NCBI GenBank assembly: GCA_040954595.2
Contig: CM082585.2
Span: forward strand, 1,426,318 to 1,490,317
DNA from: Balanoglossus misakiensis
Lineage: Eukaryota > Animalia > Hemichordata
Length of the DNA stretch: 64,000 nt
Direction of reading: 5' to 3'
The notes under the pieces are model-generated. The model was given only the letters and a program-made list of their open reading frames with translations. It was not told the DNA's origin and made no database searches. The translations under genes and the position numbers were made by a program. Shown here piece by piece: positions 30,601-43,703 of the stretch. The stretch's first letter is position 1. Each line of letters opens with the position of its first letter.

Positions 30601-31280
30601 CTTCGCTTTGACATGGGTATAAAAAGCATATGGGGATTTCAAGTTGATTATAAATCCCGATGTTAATACATGGCCAAAAGCAGTGTAATTTGACATTGCT
30701 AATGCAATGGTGACACTATATCTGATTCTTTGCATCAGGGCAAATGGCGAAGCAGCTTGATGATGCATCAGGATAGATGGTGATGCAAGCTCTGCACTTT
30801 GACATGGGTATAAAATGCTTGCTGAGGGGGATTTAAAGTTGTCGAAACAAACTTGATGATGCATCAGGGTAGATGGTATTTCAAGCCCTTCACATTGACA
30901 TTGGAATATAGTGCATATGGGGATTTAAAGTTGATTGTAAATCCCCAGGTTAATACCTGGCCAAAAGCACTGTAATTTGACATTGCTAATGCAATGGTGA
31001 CACTATATCTGATTCTTTGCATCAGGGCAAATGGCGAAGCAGCTTGATGATGCATCAGGATAGATGGTGATGCAAGCTCTGCACTTTGACATGGGTATAA
31101 AATGCTTGCTGAAGGGGATTTAAAGTTGTCGAAACAAACTTGATGATGCATCAGGGTAGATGGTATTTCAAGCCCTTCACATTGACATTGGAATATGGTG
31201 CATATGTGGATTTAAAGTTGATTGTAAATCCCCAGGTTAATACGTGGCCAAAAGCACTGTAATTTGACATTTCTAATGAT
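15650..31280. repeat. ~190-bp satellite array (~80 diverged monomers) with higher-order duplications
   Basis: The anchor ggttaatac..gg/tccaaaagcactgtaatttgacattgctaatgc occurs at 15717, 15913, 16104, 16300, 16478, 16670 and onward (spacing 178-196 bp). Identical spurious ORFs recur at offsets of 6381, 387 and 374 bp. Confidence 0.97.
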
Positions 31281-31416
31281 GGTGAGATGTTGTTTGCTCC
31301 CCAGGGAGTTGAATGGAATAGTAAGGTCCAACGACCTAGGTCAAATTACCATGGGACAACTTTAAAGCATGTTGAGATTTAATGTGCTACATAAGTTATA
31401 AATATTATATTAATAT

Positions 31417-32052
31417 TTAGGGGTTATTACACGAATTTTGGTCGATAACGCGTCGTATTCGAGTGATGTCCGTATTTTGATGAGTTGCGCTTCGCAACGA
31501 GTCAAAATACAGACATCACGAGAATGCGTCGCGTTATCGACCAAAATTCGTGTAATAACCTCTTTATCATACATGCCTACCTATAAAACAGTACGATTTG
31601 CAGAAATGCGCCGAGAAAAATAATTTCAAATTTGAACCGGGCGCTGGGATCACGGCAGTAGCCATGTTGTGACGTATGACGTGTGGGCCGTAGTATCATT
31701 TTAAGGGGGTTGGCAGCTTTCATTACGATGGGCACATCCACATTCTAAATAAAATTGTCTACGTTCTCTTTCAAAATATCATGTTAACAATTATTTTGCA
31801 TTGAGAATTTCGAAGAACTAAAAATGATGCATTCAACATGACAAAACCGCCAGCTTTGAAAACTTTATTACAGCTTCTAATAACCGAATTTTACAACACC
31901 CCTCTCCACTATGCCCCGTGTGTCGCTCGCGCGCGCAGTGAACTGTCACGCCGAGACGTGGACGCGATATTTTCACATTGTGAAATACCGTAAAATATCT
32001 TCGGGGCGAGAACAATAGAAAGTGTTAAATACAGGCGTTGCATGTATGATAA
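31417..32052. mobile_element. TSD-less non-autonomous element with a terminal ~145-bp palindrome and short sub-terminal inverted repeats (Crypton-like architecture)
   Basis: Palindrome at 31419-31563. ttatcatacatgc (31564) is inverted as gcatgtatgataa (32040-32052). The empty site aatat|tattacat is seen in paralogous copies near 34050 and 47980. Confidence 0.65.
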
Positions 32053-33013
32053 TATTACATAAACAACACTCTTACTTAGCTAAGGAAGTGGTCAGGTGAA
32101 ATATATTTGCAGAGCTGACCAATTCTTTAAGGAAAATTAAAGTTGGGTATTTTGGATGTATTCATACCTACAAACTGTGTTATGTATGGGACGTTGATGT
32201 TGCCTAATACGTCTCCACATTAACTTGAATTATTAACAGCAGCTATACAAGGCAGCGTATGGAAAGATCATTGTAAGACATACACAACACTTTTATGGAG
32301 CATGGGAAATGTTCATGAGAACTGTGTTCTCGGAGCTCAAAACTGTGTTATGAGAAATTCAAGCTGCTAAACTTGCGTGTCTCTAAATTTACTGAAACCG
32401 TGATAATGAGCAAAAGAAGGCAACGTATAGGAATGCCATTCTACCACATACTGTTACTCAACACTTCTATTAAGCATGGGAAATAGTATTGAGAACAGTA
32501 TTCTCAAAGTTGACAAACTGTGTTATGTGTAGAATATCCAAATTGCCTAATTGGCAATCGTTAGCAACCAGTTGTCTTCAAGAGGGTTTGGGGCACCAAC
32601 CTCAACATGCTTTAAGTCTTTAGTGATCTAGCAAGTTAGCCTGCATATCGAGCAACTGTTAATGGAGTGAGTTGCTCAATGATAGGAAACTCCTTTGTTC
32701 ATTTTCAAAATAAAAACCAAAAATGTGAACAAAACACACTGAATTATGTATGGGATATATGGGATTGCCTAATTTGCGTGTCTCCACATTTACTTAAACT
32801 CTCACAGGGAGACAAATGTCACAGCAGACGGAAAAATGATTATGCCACACACAGCACTTTTATTTAGCACGGGAACTGGTCTTGGGAAATGGGAGCTGAC
32901 ACACTGAATTTTTGGAAATTCAAAGAGCCTAATATGCATGTTTCCATATTTGCTTAAACCCTGACTGAGAGCTGAACAAGGCACTAAATGGAAAGGTCAT
33001 TGTGCCACATAAA

Positions 33014-33350
33014 GTCATAGTCCAGTCGTTAGAGCATCAGACCCATAATCAAAGAATCAAGGGTTTGATCCCTGGCATGGTTGTGGTGTTGTGGTGTTTA
33101 CATCTCCTTGCCTCTCCCCGCCCATAAGAAAAGGTAATTTGGTGGATCCGATATTGTAATGAGTATGTTTAGGTCTGCTGTGCTGATATAAAAGCTGCAC
33201 ATGTGAGCTGTTGTTTGCTCCCCATGGAGTGGGATGGAATATTTTAGGTCCACCGACCTAGGTCAAATTACCATGGGAAACACTTTGAAGCAGCACATTG
33301 AGATTTATTGTGTAATGTGCTATATAAGTAATAAATATTATATTGATATC
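33014..33350 (+). mobile_element. tRNA-derived SINE (internally deleted copy)
   Basis: A-box-like tagtccagtcg and B-box-like ggtttgatccc, with a 3' tail ctccccatggagt...gtgctatataag followed by an AT-rich end. Confidence 0.65.
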
Positions 33351-33427
33351 ATTACATAAACAACACTCTTACTTAGCAAAGGAAGTGGTCAGGTGAACTA
33401 TATTCGCAGAGCTGACCAATTGTTTAA

Positions 33428-33758
33428 AGGGGCAAAGTCTCTCTTTCGCCACCATTGTTCAATTAAGTTTGATACATGAACCCATTTATGTTATTCTACA
33501 TGTGGCTATATAGTGAATCAACATTCAACCAACAACTTTCATCCCGTTTGTAGAATCTGAGAGTAAAAATCTCGCAAAAATGAATAAATGGTAAACACCG
33601 ATTATTCATTTTGGCGAGTTTTTTCATTCTTGTGTGTACAAGTGGGGTGGAAGTTGTGTTTGGTCGAACATTGATTCACTATACAGCCAACATAAACGAT
33701 GTCTTGTATCAAACATAATTAATGGTAAAAAGGGCAGCGAGAGAGACACTTTGTCCCT
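33428..33758. mobile_element. Kolobok-type MITE (TTAA TSD), related to the autonomous element at 35519
   Basis: TTAA|AGGGGCAAAGTCTCTC...GAGAGACACTTTGTCCCT|TTAA, nearly palindromic throughout. The empty TTAA site is seen at paralogues 32127 and 34129. Confidence 0.85.
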
Positions 33759-33819
33759 TTAAGTAAAATTCAAGTTGTGTAATGTGGACATATTCACATT
33801 TACAAACTGTTTTATAGTC

Positions 33820-35518
33820 ACATGGGGATTAAATGCATATGCATGTGTATTTAAAGTTAACTGTAAATCCCCAGGTTAATACGTGGCCAAAAGCACTGTA
33901 ATTTGACATTTCTAAAGATGGTGAGATGTTGTTTGCTCCCCAGGGAGTTGAATGGAATATTTATGTCCAACGACCTAAATCAAATGACCATGGGACAACT
34001 TTAAAGCACATTGAGATTTAATGTGCTACATACGTTATAAATATTATATTAATATTATTACATAAAAAACACTCTTGCTTAGCAAAGGAAGTGGTCAGGT
34101 GAAAAATATTTGCACAGCTGACCAATTATTTAAGGAATATTAAAGTTGGGTAATTTGGACGTATTCATACGGGTGTTGGTCAATGGAAAGTCCTTTGTTC
34201 ATTTTCAAAATGGCAACCAAAAATGCGAACAAAACACACTGAATTCTGTACGGGATATTGATGTTGCCTAATTTGCGTGTTTCCACATTTACTTAAACTC
34301 TCACACGGAGACAAATGTCACAGCAAACGGAAAAATGACTATGCTACACACAACACTTTTATTGATCATGGGAAATGTTCATGAGAATTGTGTTATGGTA
34401 CTTTTCGGGGCTCACGAACTGTGTTATGGGAAATCTGACAAGGAATCTAAACTGTACCACATACACAACACTTTTATTAAGCGTGGGACATGGTCCTGAG
34501 AACAATATTCTCAGAGCTGACAAACTGTGTTATGTGAAATTCATGTTGCCTATTTCATGATAATGGCTTGTGGTACACAAGGGTTAACAGCAATCAGCAA
34601 TTGCTTGTATGATAGGTATGATGATCGATTTATAAATTTCAATGGTATAATAATGGGCAACACATGTGGAAGTGTTTAATAAACAGTTAACTAATGTGGT
34701 GATGGTTTGTGGTAAAATTGAGGGTACACAGATTATAATGGGCCAAAACAATGAATATAATAGAGGTTGATGATGGTGAAGGGTTTCATATGAATGGTGT
34801 AATAAAGGTTAACAAATGTGGTGATAGCTTTGGTGTACAGGGCTGTTGATATATTTAGTAATGACAAAGGTATAATAATGATAAAAGCTTAAATAAGTGT
34901 TGGGGCACAATCTTCACGATGGTTCATTCATTGGTTAATGTGTATATTTTATTAATATCATGCTATTGTTTATCAGTTAGATCATAATCAGGATTTTTCC
35001 ATGCACATCGTCACCATGATTCAGCGGAATTCTTCTGAATAGTACCTGTGATCATTTTTCCGCACCGACGCATTGTACGCGACAGACATGCAGAAAATAT
35101 TAACATGTAACTCACAGGCATAATGTTAAATCTAAACGACTGTACGTTAGGTTAGCTTTACCTCCCCACCCCATCCAAATTCCAAATTTAGCTTGCCATG
35201 CAGTTTTCGGGTAGTACCAATTCGGAAACTTTCATGGTTCATTCATCGAACCAAATATTGGATTTGACACACTGTGCCATGGGTGGGTAAAGCATGGTGA
35301 AATGTTGGCGGTAAACTTTAACCAGGCAGGTCACATGAAATGAAGATATTATCCTTTGAGTTTGATGACATACATGATAAGATATGTCAGTTTTGACACC
35401 TTTTTGCAGACATAGATGCTGATGTATTTTTTCCATTGGACACAGTAGTCAAAGTCCAGTCTGTGTTTAAAATGATACCCTGGTCACACACAGTGAGAAA
35501 TATCAGCCTTTGACTTAA
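33820..35518. repeat. Segmental duplication, copy 1 (paralogue at ~47755-49615)
   Basis: Colinear, highly similar sequence from the satellite end/SINE tail through to cagcctttgacttaa in both copies. Confidence 0.9.
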
Positions 35519-37595
35519 AGGGACAAAGTCTCTCTCTTTTTGCCTTTTTTCCATTACTTTTGATTCATTCAAGACACTGTGTATGTTATTTTAAATGTTG
35601 ATATATAGTGAATCAACGTTCGACCACACACAAGTTCCATCCCGCTTGTAGACACGAGAGTAAAAAAATCACCAAAATGAATAATCGTTCTTTACCATTT
35701 ATTCGAGCGCGGACGCGGGCCGGGCTTCGATCATTACCAATGTGCGCATGTGCAAGGGTATATACACAAAATGAAACGTCATACATATAATTATAGCTGT
35801 AGCGACAGTCATGGCGGATGCTTTGGCGTCTGTTCCCAGTAGCAGTGGTAAACGTAAACGTGCTCGTGGCCGCCCACAAACCACTGCTTCGGCAAAAAAA
35901 CGTAAACAATTGCTGAAACAAGTAGGTCAGATAAACATTTTCTCGGAAATTCATCGTTGGAATGAAATCAAACGCTCCTTGGTATTGGAAACGAACCGCC
36001 AGGTCGCAAAGGTACTGATCGACCGGTAAGTACATATTCGTGCATTCACTGTGTACGTACTCCATAGCCAAAGATACGGCATGAATTGTGTACATGAATT
36101 TAGAATCTGTGTCTCACAGAATCACTGCGAGCATCATCTCAATGTAATTCTAAATGTGCTGTTTCAAGTCGTATTTCACTTAGTGATTTTGCCCAGCGCA
36201 TACCTCGCCCTCGACCAGCAGTTGTATGTAGTACGCTGGACCGTTTGTATCAATGTATGACTATGCGAGATAAATTGTACGGTACTGCAATTTTTTTTTT
36301 TTTCTTTTTTTTCCTCCGGACAATCTACATGTATTACTGTTATCGAACATACGAGACAATATGCTTTTAGCGGAATTTGGTTGTTCTTTGTTCTGCTACA
36401 ACTTCCGTTTTGTTATAGCCAGTTGTGTACATTTCTTGAGCTGTATATGAACTGAAGAAAAATTTGGCTATTTTCTCGTAGTTATCTTATTCTCACCTGA
36501 CGTGTCTGTAACCTGTCCTCTGAGGCAAATTATGGCTGTGTGTAATCCCTTCTAAAGACAGAAATTGGCTACGTAAACAAGCCATTGTAAAGGCAAAAAA
36601 GGTTCATTGTGTCTTATTATTTGTGTGGACAGGTATTATGAACATCAAGTTACAGCAACAACAGATGCAGAATTTACCAGGCCTGCATCATCTCCAAGTG
36701 GCCAAGAAACACTGCAAGTATTTGCACCGTCTATGGAAACTAGGTACCAAATAAATTTTGATCATGATACTTTGAGCTTTGTATAGTACACAATAGATTT
36801 TCATATTTGATGGGGCTCTTGCAGTATACATGATGTATATTGTTTTAAAGAGGTGACATGTTTTTATGGCTCATGAAAAGTAATTGTGTCCGTAATATAA
36901 TTTATAGAAATGAAACAATGAAATGTTGCATTCCACATAGTTATCTGTGTGATAGATGGGAATACCTAAAAGTATATATTTGTTTCTTAAAATTTATAGG
37001 CAACGTGATGATCAAGGACAAGCCACCCAAACTTTTCCTATGACATCAACGCCAGGAAATGGCCATCTTTGTGATATCGAAAAAAATTTAGAAGAATTAG
37101 TTGCATCAGAAATATCATCAGTCAGGTAGGTGTTTAAGCACTGTTTTTTTACATTACATGATAATTTCAATGCTTCTAGCCACAATCTGTAGTATGAGGA
37201 AAAGCCTCTGCTCAAACTCTCAGGTGACAATAATCAACATAACAATGGCGAAGTATACCTGACATTTGCCCTCCAATAAACAACCAAAATCATCCTATAC
37301 AATTTATTCAGTGTGTTGACCAAGACATTCACGTCTATGGTTTTAATCCAGCAAACATAGGTTTTTCACTGCTTACTGGTTGGGGGATTAGGGGGAACTG
37401 GAACCTACAACGTTTGTGCAGACCTAGTTTGTCATGTATCAAATTTTAGTCTTTTTTTTCTTTGTACAGGGTTTCTTCCATCTCTGGAATTGCAGAGATA
37501 GATGTTCAGGAGATAGGAGAATCATCACAAGAGAAACCTATGGAATCTACAGAAGGCCCATCACAGCCAGTACAAAGTGAAAGGTATGACACTAT

Positions 37596-38012
37596 CTTTT
37601 CTTACACTCCCCGTACGCTGGGAGTGTGAGAACAGAGTGTGGGAACAAATTGTTCTCACAATCTCACTGAATAGAAAGCTGTATATGACGTGAGTGCTGA
37701 TTGGTTAACAAAGTGTTCTGTCGCTACGCGCACTAAATGTTATCCAATGGCGCGATGTGTATTACAGGCACAGAGACTACAACGTGCCCCCAGACAACAA
37801 TTCCAGAGTCATTTATTCAATGTTTTTAACGAACTTGGCTAATTTGTGACCGTGTGAGAAAAAGAATCTCACACACCAAGGACCTGGGATCATATTTCTC
37901 ACACTCGTCGGGGATATTCTGTCCCACACGAGCCTGCGGCTCGTGTGGGACAGAAAATCCCCAACTCTTGTGAGAAATGTGATCCCAGGTCCTTGGGAGT
38001 GTGAGATTCTAT
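37596..38012. mobile_element. Palindrome-capped non-autonomous element (same architecture as 31417-32052, opposite orientation) in transposase intron 4
   Basis: ttttcttacac (~37597) is inverted as gtgtgagaaaa (~37852-37862), followed by a ~150-bp palindrome at 37863-38010 centred on gagc-ctgcg-gctc. Confidence 0.6.
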
Positions 38013-39183
38013 TAATCTGAAGATAAACTGTAGTTAGGTAAACTTTTATAGTGAAATGTGGCTTTCCCCCCTCTTTTGTACCTTTTGTGATAAACATTAA
38101 TCTCCTGCTTTAGGACAAAAGCAGGAGCGACTGCTTTACATACATGTAAATGTACTAATTTCTAACTCCCTTGCTTATGCTTGTGTGAATAAGTTATTCT
38201 GTGTAGCTATCAACATGAAAATATTTCTTAGAAAGCAAAATGGCAAATGTTTACCAAGCACCCTAAATTTACTTGTGTGAAACCAAGATAGAGAGGAACC
38301 TGTAAAAATAAGCAGTGATGCTGCTGTCCCTGTGTGCCCCTGTCACTTTGTTTCAGAGTTCAATTTTCATGTGTGTTATATTTAGTTCACAGCTGTAAAT
38401 TAGTTCAGTACATATTGCCGTCTCATGTGTGCCTATTTTGTCATTTTTTTCTCCAGCGGCCGTGTAAGATTTCCAAGAAATTTGTCTGAGTCTTTCATCA
38501 ATCCATTTGAGTAAGTTTTCCTTATTCTATTGTCATATACGGCATGCATGTATCCCTTGCTTGAGCAAGCCTTTTCGATTGCTTCTTTTCTCCTGTTACA
38601 CTAAATTTAAATTTGTTGGGAAAATCAGTTTCATGACATGCATCACGTGTGTCAGAACATTTGCTTGTACTTAAATTCATGGGAAATGTTTTCTTTCTTT
38701 TTTGTGCTTATGAGTGACTATATGTATTTTTAGTGAGCAGCATTGTCCCACTATTCAGATTAATTCCTTGGTTTTATTACTACCAGGTTGAGCATTGATA
38801 TTTCTGAGGAAGACAAAGAGGAAGACATGAACCTATGTGACGATGATGATTATGACTATGAGCCCAGCTTTGATATTTCTATAATGTAAGTGCGCATTTA
38901 TCACTATCATCAAAGTTCCTTATTGGATGGGTACACAACAAATGGAAAGCAAAATATCCTCATGGTTAAAAAAAGCCTAAGTGTTGGACGCTAAAATTCA
39001 TATATATGATAAATTTTCTTTTATGAATGAAACATCAACTTACAACATTTGTACTAACAGCTGACTGACAAACTCTGATGGACAAGTCATGAGCATTGTT
39101 AGGATTTTTTGTCCATTTCTCAGAACTAATGGCGTGCAGGTGGTTCCTGCCATTGGTGACGACGATATTGAAAGTGACGGTGG

Positions 39184-39216
<33 letters not shown>
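39184..39216 (+). repeat. (GAT)n microsatellite encoding poly-Asp in transposase exon 7
   Basis: The gatgatgat run is in the frame of exon 7. Confidence 0.9.
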
Positions 39217-39217
<1 letters not shown>

Positions 39218-40536
39218 ACACCATCACCGGGTCTGCAGAGAGTTGTCACAGAAGAAGATGGGGAAAGCCTCCTTGGTGACTCTACAACATGTCTGTTTTT
39301 TTTAACCAGCTTCTGGCCCTTGGCAAAAAATCTATTAGGCAAGTCTGTGCATTGAAGTCTTGCAGTGGATTGATATCCTCTACTTCAAAGTTTGTTGGCT
39401 CAGCTTTATATCTAAAGTGGGTGAGTGTGAACTAAATATGGTATATTCTTGACAATTATTGTTAAACTATACCAACTGTAGTGTGCATTGTATGGACAAT
39501 CACTATGCCAGTATTATTTAGATGAACAGGAAACTCTAGTTATAATCCTATGTGGGTGCACATTGTTCCTTTAGGTTTATAATAAAAAACAATAGTCAAC
39601 TGAAATTACAAAGTTATCGGTATTAACATCTGTTTTATCGTGTCTTGGAGAAATCAACATGAAATGATCAAATAAGCATGAATCTTTAAACTTTTTTTTT
39701 TCAGGAATGCTCAGCTGGTCACCTTGAGTACGAATGGTGTTCACAACCAATTTTGAACAGGAGACTTCATAGTGGTGATCTCTTCACAGCAGCTGCCATT
39801 CTATTGTCTGGTAATAATTATGCCAAAATTAATTTTTTGGCAAGCATTCTGTCACTCAGAATTTGCTCCCAGAATACTTACAATAGAATTCAGAAAGCTT
39901 ATCTAATACCATGTCTTGATGAATTTTGGATACGACAACAACAAGACATCATTGATTCATTTGATGGCCAAGAACTTGTTTTACTGGGTAAGTTTTTAGC
40001 TTCATTGTTAATGACACGCACCTAATCTGATTGGCTCACCCCACTGATTATCCATCACATGTCGGCCAATGCACTTGTAATTTATGTCTAAAAGTTTATA
40101 CTTACACACTCTATTCTGCTGATTTAGAAAAGAATACAATAGTTATTATTTGGTGGCATTTACTTCCTCATTTGCATCATTTCATACTCATTGTAAAATC
40201 ATTGAATTGGAAATGTTCTCACTTATGCATACTTATGTATAATTTGACTGACATATTTACTTGATTATGTCTCAGGTGATGGGCGAATGGATTCCCCGGG
40301 TTTTTGTGCGCAATATTGCACCTATACTGTGATGGAGGAAACCACCAAGAAAATTCTGTCGATAATAACCATGGACAAAAGAGAAACAGAGAAGAAGTCA
40401 ACAAACATGGAAAAGGCCTGCCTTGTTAAAAGTCTAAACCAGCTTCAGGAGAAAGGTGTAAATGTCAAAGAAGTCGTAACAGATGCCCACATGCAGATTA
40501 CAGCTCTGATGAGTAAGTGTAATTTTATGATTTTAA

Positions 40537-41331
40537 GATGGGTCCCTAGGATCTTTTTGCCCGTTGCTATGGGCCTTTATAGGACATTACACCCCGATTT
40601 GGACTAAGCCGTTTTCAGAGTCTAACAAGGGGCTGGTAACTAGTTGAAAATCTGCACGATTGTGAGCGCGCGCCCCCTGACGCCATTGATATGCAAATTA
40701 GCTAGGTCAAATTTCAAAAGCCTAAGGCTTTTTATTCCGTGACCTCAAAAACGAACTTGATACGTATTCATTAGTTGCTTGAACCAGGGAAGATCGTGAC
40801 GGATTTTGTTTTCGAATATTATCGTTGTATCCTACGATTTCAGCATACCCGTACCACACCTGAAAAAGTCATCGATTTTGGGTGTTTTTGGACGCACTCT
40901 TCCACCGGTATCGCTTCTTAGCACGACGAAAACCGAAAAAACGATCCGTCACACTATGCGGAAGTGCGTTCTCAACAAGCAGGTCAAATTTGGCTGGCCT
41001 ACGTCGCCTATGAAAAAAGCCTTAGGGATTTTCGTGAACGGTACAAAATCTCTGTGTACAAAACATTGGATATTTAGCGTTCGATCCAGTTACTGTGGTT
41101 ACAGGACGCGCACGCTATCGGTGACTGCTGCTTTGCCGTATTAGCGTGGCGGCCTATGGCCGGGCGGTAGCTGCCGTAACCATACTCGGACAGGGGGTGT
41201 GCACACAATCGTGCGTATTTTTAACTAGTTACAAGCCCCTTGTCGGACGTTCATAACGGTTTCGATCAAAATTGAGTGTAGTGTCCTATAAAGGCCCATA
41301 GCAACGAGCAAAAAGATCCTAGGGACCCATC
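40537..41331. mobile_element. TTAA-targeting MITE (Kolobok-like) with ~140-bp imperfect TIRs, in transposase intron 9
   Basis: TTAA|GATGGGTCCCTAGGATCTTTTTGC...GCAAAAAGATCCTAGGGACCCATC|TTAA. Confidence 0.88.
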
Positions 41332-41817
41332 TTAACTTGGGTTATATGTTGCTTTGAAATGCCAAAAGCAAAGCTGTTATACAGGTCAATGTTGATTTTG
41401 TTTTTCTGAGATAATGTATTTGGCAATCATAACACTGTCATTTTGAAGCTCCATTTGTAATCACATTTACCCACTCTTATAGGAGACGATCACCCAGACA
41501 TAAAACATTCTCATGACATTTGGCATGCTGCCAAGAACTTGTCAAAGAAGATCATAAAGGTTAGACAAACTTTTATTCTTGTATTCAGTTTTCATTTATC
41601 TTCTAAATATGTGTGACACTGACACATAAAAATGTAAGGGTATAGAATGTTACTAACTGATCCTTCTATCATTTTGGGTGGGGTGGGTGTCAAACTACCT
41701 TTGAAAATAGTTATGGCAATATTCAAATTGTGCAGTTGTTATTTGCATCAGTAAATGTCACAAACAAGTTCAGGTCTATGGTGAATAGTTATGAACCATC
41801 AGTTTATATCAGATCAT

Positions 41818-41971
41818 TGTGATAGTATTGTCATGATCACGTGATTGTCACATGGTCTGTATACGTGATTTCCTGTAACTGTTAGTTCCCGCGTGGTTGT
41901 CATTCAATAAACATCACTTCTGTGGAACTCCGTCGTTGTCGACTGTCAATAACCCCTCCCCGGACATCACA
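41818..41971 (+). repeat. 5' LTR
   Basis: tgtgatagt...ggacatcaca, contains AATAAA. Confidence 0.97.
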
Positions 41972-41975
41972 TAAC

Positions 41976-41988
41976 TGGCGACGAGGAT
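41976..41988 (+). promoter_or_regulatory. Primer-binding site, probably tRNA-Ser(GCU)
   Basis: TGGCGACGAGGAT lies 4 nt after the 5' LTR and is complementary to a ...AUCCUCGUCGCCA tRNA 3' end. Confidence 0.8.
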
Positions 41989-42071
41989 TTAGTTGTCTAA
42001 ATTAACTATCGAAGAACATACGCAAGCAACCTTTACGAGATTTGGTGACTTTTTAGCCGTGATTTGAGTGC

Positions 42072-43703
42072 ATGAAAATGTCTACACCCGTAACGCTGTC
42101 CGGACTGCCAGGAGTGGCGGGATTCGACTGTGAAGGCGAACCGGAGGCTCTTCAGCAAAGGTGGGAGCGTTGGCTTCAGGAATTTGAACTGTTCGTAGCA
42201 GCTTCTGGTGTTTCAAATAATGCGCAGAAGCGTGCCTTACTTTTGCACATGGCTGGAGCGGGCATCAGAGACATTGTTAGCACTAAATCTGAAGATGAAA
42301 CTGGTGACGTCACAAACTGCGCAACGTTGATAGCATGTTTGGATAAACACTTTCAACTGCAGAAAAACGTTCCTATGGCGAGACAGAAGTTTTACAGCGC
42401 AACTCCCACGTCCGGGGAGACGGTCGACAGCTACGTAATACGTCTCAAGAACCTACTGAAAGACTGTGATTTTCCCGAGACGGAAAAAGACAACCAGATA
42501 AGAGATCGTGTCTTGCTCTACATCAGCGACAAGGTGCTAAAAAGCAAGCTGTATCGTGAAAAGAATTTGGACACTACCAAACTACTACAAATCATACGGT
42601 CGTATCACGACAAAGATGCACTAGTTTTGGTGTCTGGTACTCAAGCTGTGAGTGCAAATGCAGTCAATATTGGCGGTAAACGTACGCGCGCCAAAAACAA
42701 AATGGCGGACTTAGCCTGTTTCCGTTGTGGAAGGAAAGGTCACATGCAACGTGAATGTCGCGCCAGTACAAGTGGTAGTTCTCGCAATGCCGAACAAAAA
42801 TCCGACCGGTGTTTCCGATGTCAAAAACCGGGACACAGAGCTGCAGACTGTCGTGCTAAGTGGGAAGACTGTCCGTCTAAAGACAGTGAAAATGGCAACA
42901 GTCGAGGCAGTGGTGGTAACCGCAGCGCACGTGGACGTGGCCGTACGCGTGGTGATGGTCGCGGTACACACAAGGTAGCTCAGACGACTACTGATGCAAA
43001 CGCCGATGGTGGCCATGCAGACGTCGAGACTGACGAGGAGAAAGCGTACTATGCTTTCAATGCTGCTTTCCGTGCTTCCAGTGGGAAGGACCTCACTGAT
43101 ACAGGTATTCAGATCGAGAATCAACACGTGCCGGTTATCATCGACAGTGGTGCTACATGTAATCTCATTGGTGAAAGACAATTTCGCAGACTTGCTGAAA
43201 AGCGTGGTGTGAAAGTTCGAAATTGTAACAATAAAGTGTTTACCTATGGTTCTAGTAAACCTTTAGATATATTGGGTAAATGTGCCTTACATGTTGAAGC
43301 GCCTACTAAAAAGAAATGTATTGCTGATTTTATAGTGATCAAGGCTGATCAACCGATTTTGTTGAGTCGGAGTACTTCTGAGAATTTAAATATGTTGAGA
43401 GTTGGAAATGTGAATCTGTACACGATAAATTCAATATCTGCTGATAATTCTTCGCCAATTCTTGCAGAATTGCGGAGGAAATATCCTGAGGTATTTAATG
43501 GGTTGGGTAAGTTAAAGGGCTACAAGCTCCATTTGCATATTGATGAGAGTGTCAAACCCATAGCCCAGTACCGGCGAATTCCTTTCAACCGCCGTGCTAA
43601 AGTTGTTGAAAAAACTCAACGACCTTCAAAAGCTGGGAGTAATAGAGAAGGTTTCGGGTCCGACCTCTTGGGTCAACCCCCTTGTAACAGTACAAAAGCC
43701 TGA
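42072..43703 (+). CDS. gag: Gag (two CCHC zinc knuckles) plus aspartic protease
   Basis: CFRCGRKGHMQREC and CFRCQKPGHRAADC knuckles, protease IIDSGATCNLI. Homology moves to the next frame at the A6 run ~43609-43614. Confidence 0.92.
   Translation: MKMSTPVTLSGLPGVAGFDCEGEPEALQQRWERWLQEFELFVAASGVSNNAQKRALLLHMAGAGIRDIVSTKSEDETGDVTNCATLIACLDKHFQLQKNVPMARQKFYSATPTSGETVDSYVIRLKNLLKDCDFPETEKDNQIRDRVLLYISDKVLKSKLYREKNLDTTKLLQIIRSYHDKDALVLVSGTQAVSANAVNIGGKRTRAKNKMADLACFRCGRKGHMQRECRASTSGSSRNAEQKSDRCFRCQKPGHRAADCRAKWEDCPSKDSENGNSRGSGGNRSARGRGRTRGDGRGTHKVAQTTTDANADGGHADVETDEEKAYYAFNAAFRASSGKDLTDTGIQIENQHVPVIIDSGATCNLIGERQFRRLAEKRGVKVRNCNNKVFTYGSSKPLDILGKCALHVEAPTKKKCIADFIVIKADQPILLSRSTSENLNMLRVGNVNLYTINSISADNSSPILAELRRKYPEVFNGLGKLKGYKLHLHIDESVKPIAQYRRIPFNRRAKVVEKTQRPSKAGSNREGFGSDLLGQPPCNSTKA

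Noticed and set aside
15654-31151. Recurring ORFs in the ~190-bp satellite
   Set aside because: Chance open frames in tandem repeats, useful only as markers of duplicated blocks.
35613-36095. 160-aa minus-strand ORF
   Set aside because: Antisense to transposase exon 1 and the terminal region, with no recognisable motif.
40806-41144. 112-aa ORF inside the TTAA MITE
   Set aside because: No ATG start or recognisable domain, and it lies in a non-autonomous element.
42711-43181. 156-aa antisense ORF and other small ORFs overlapping gag/pol
   Set aside because: Shadow frames of the Gypsy coding region.
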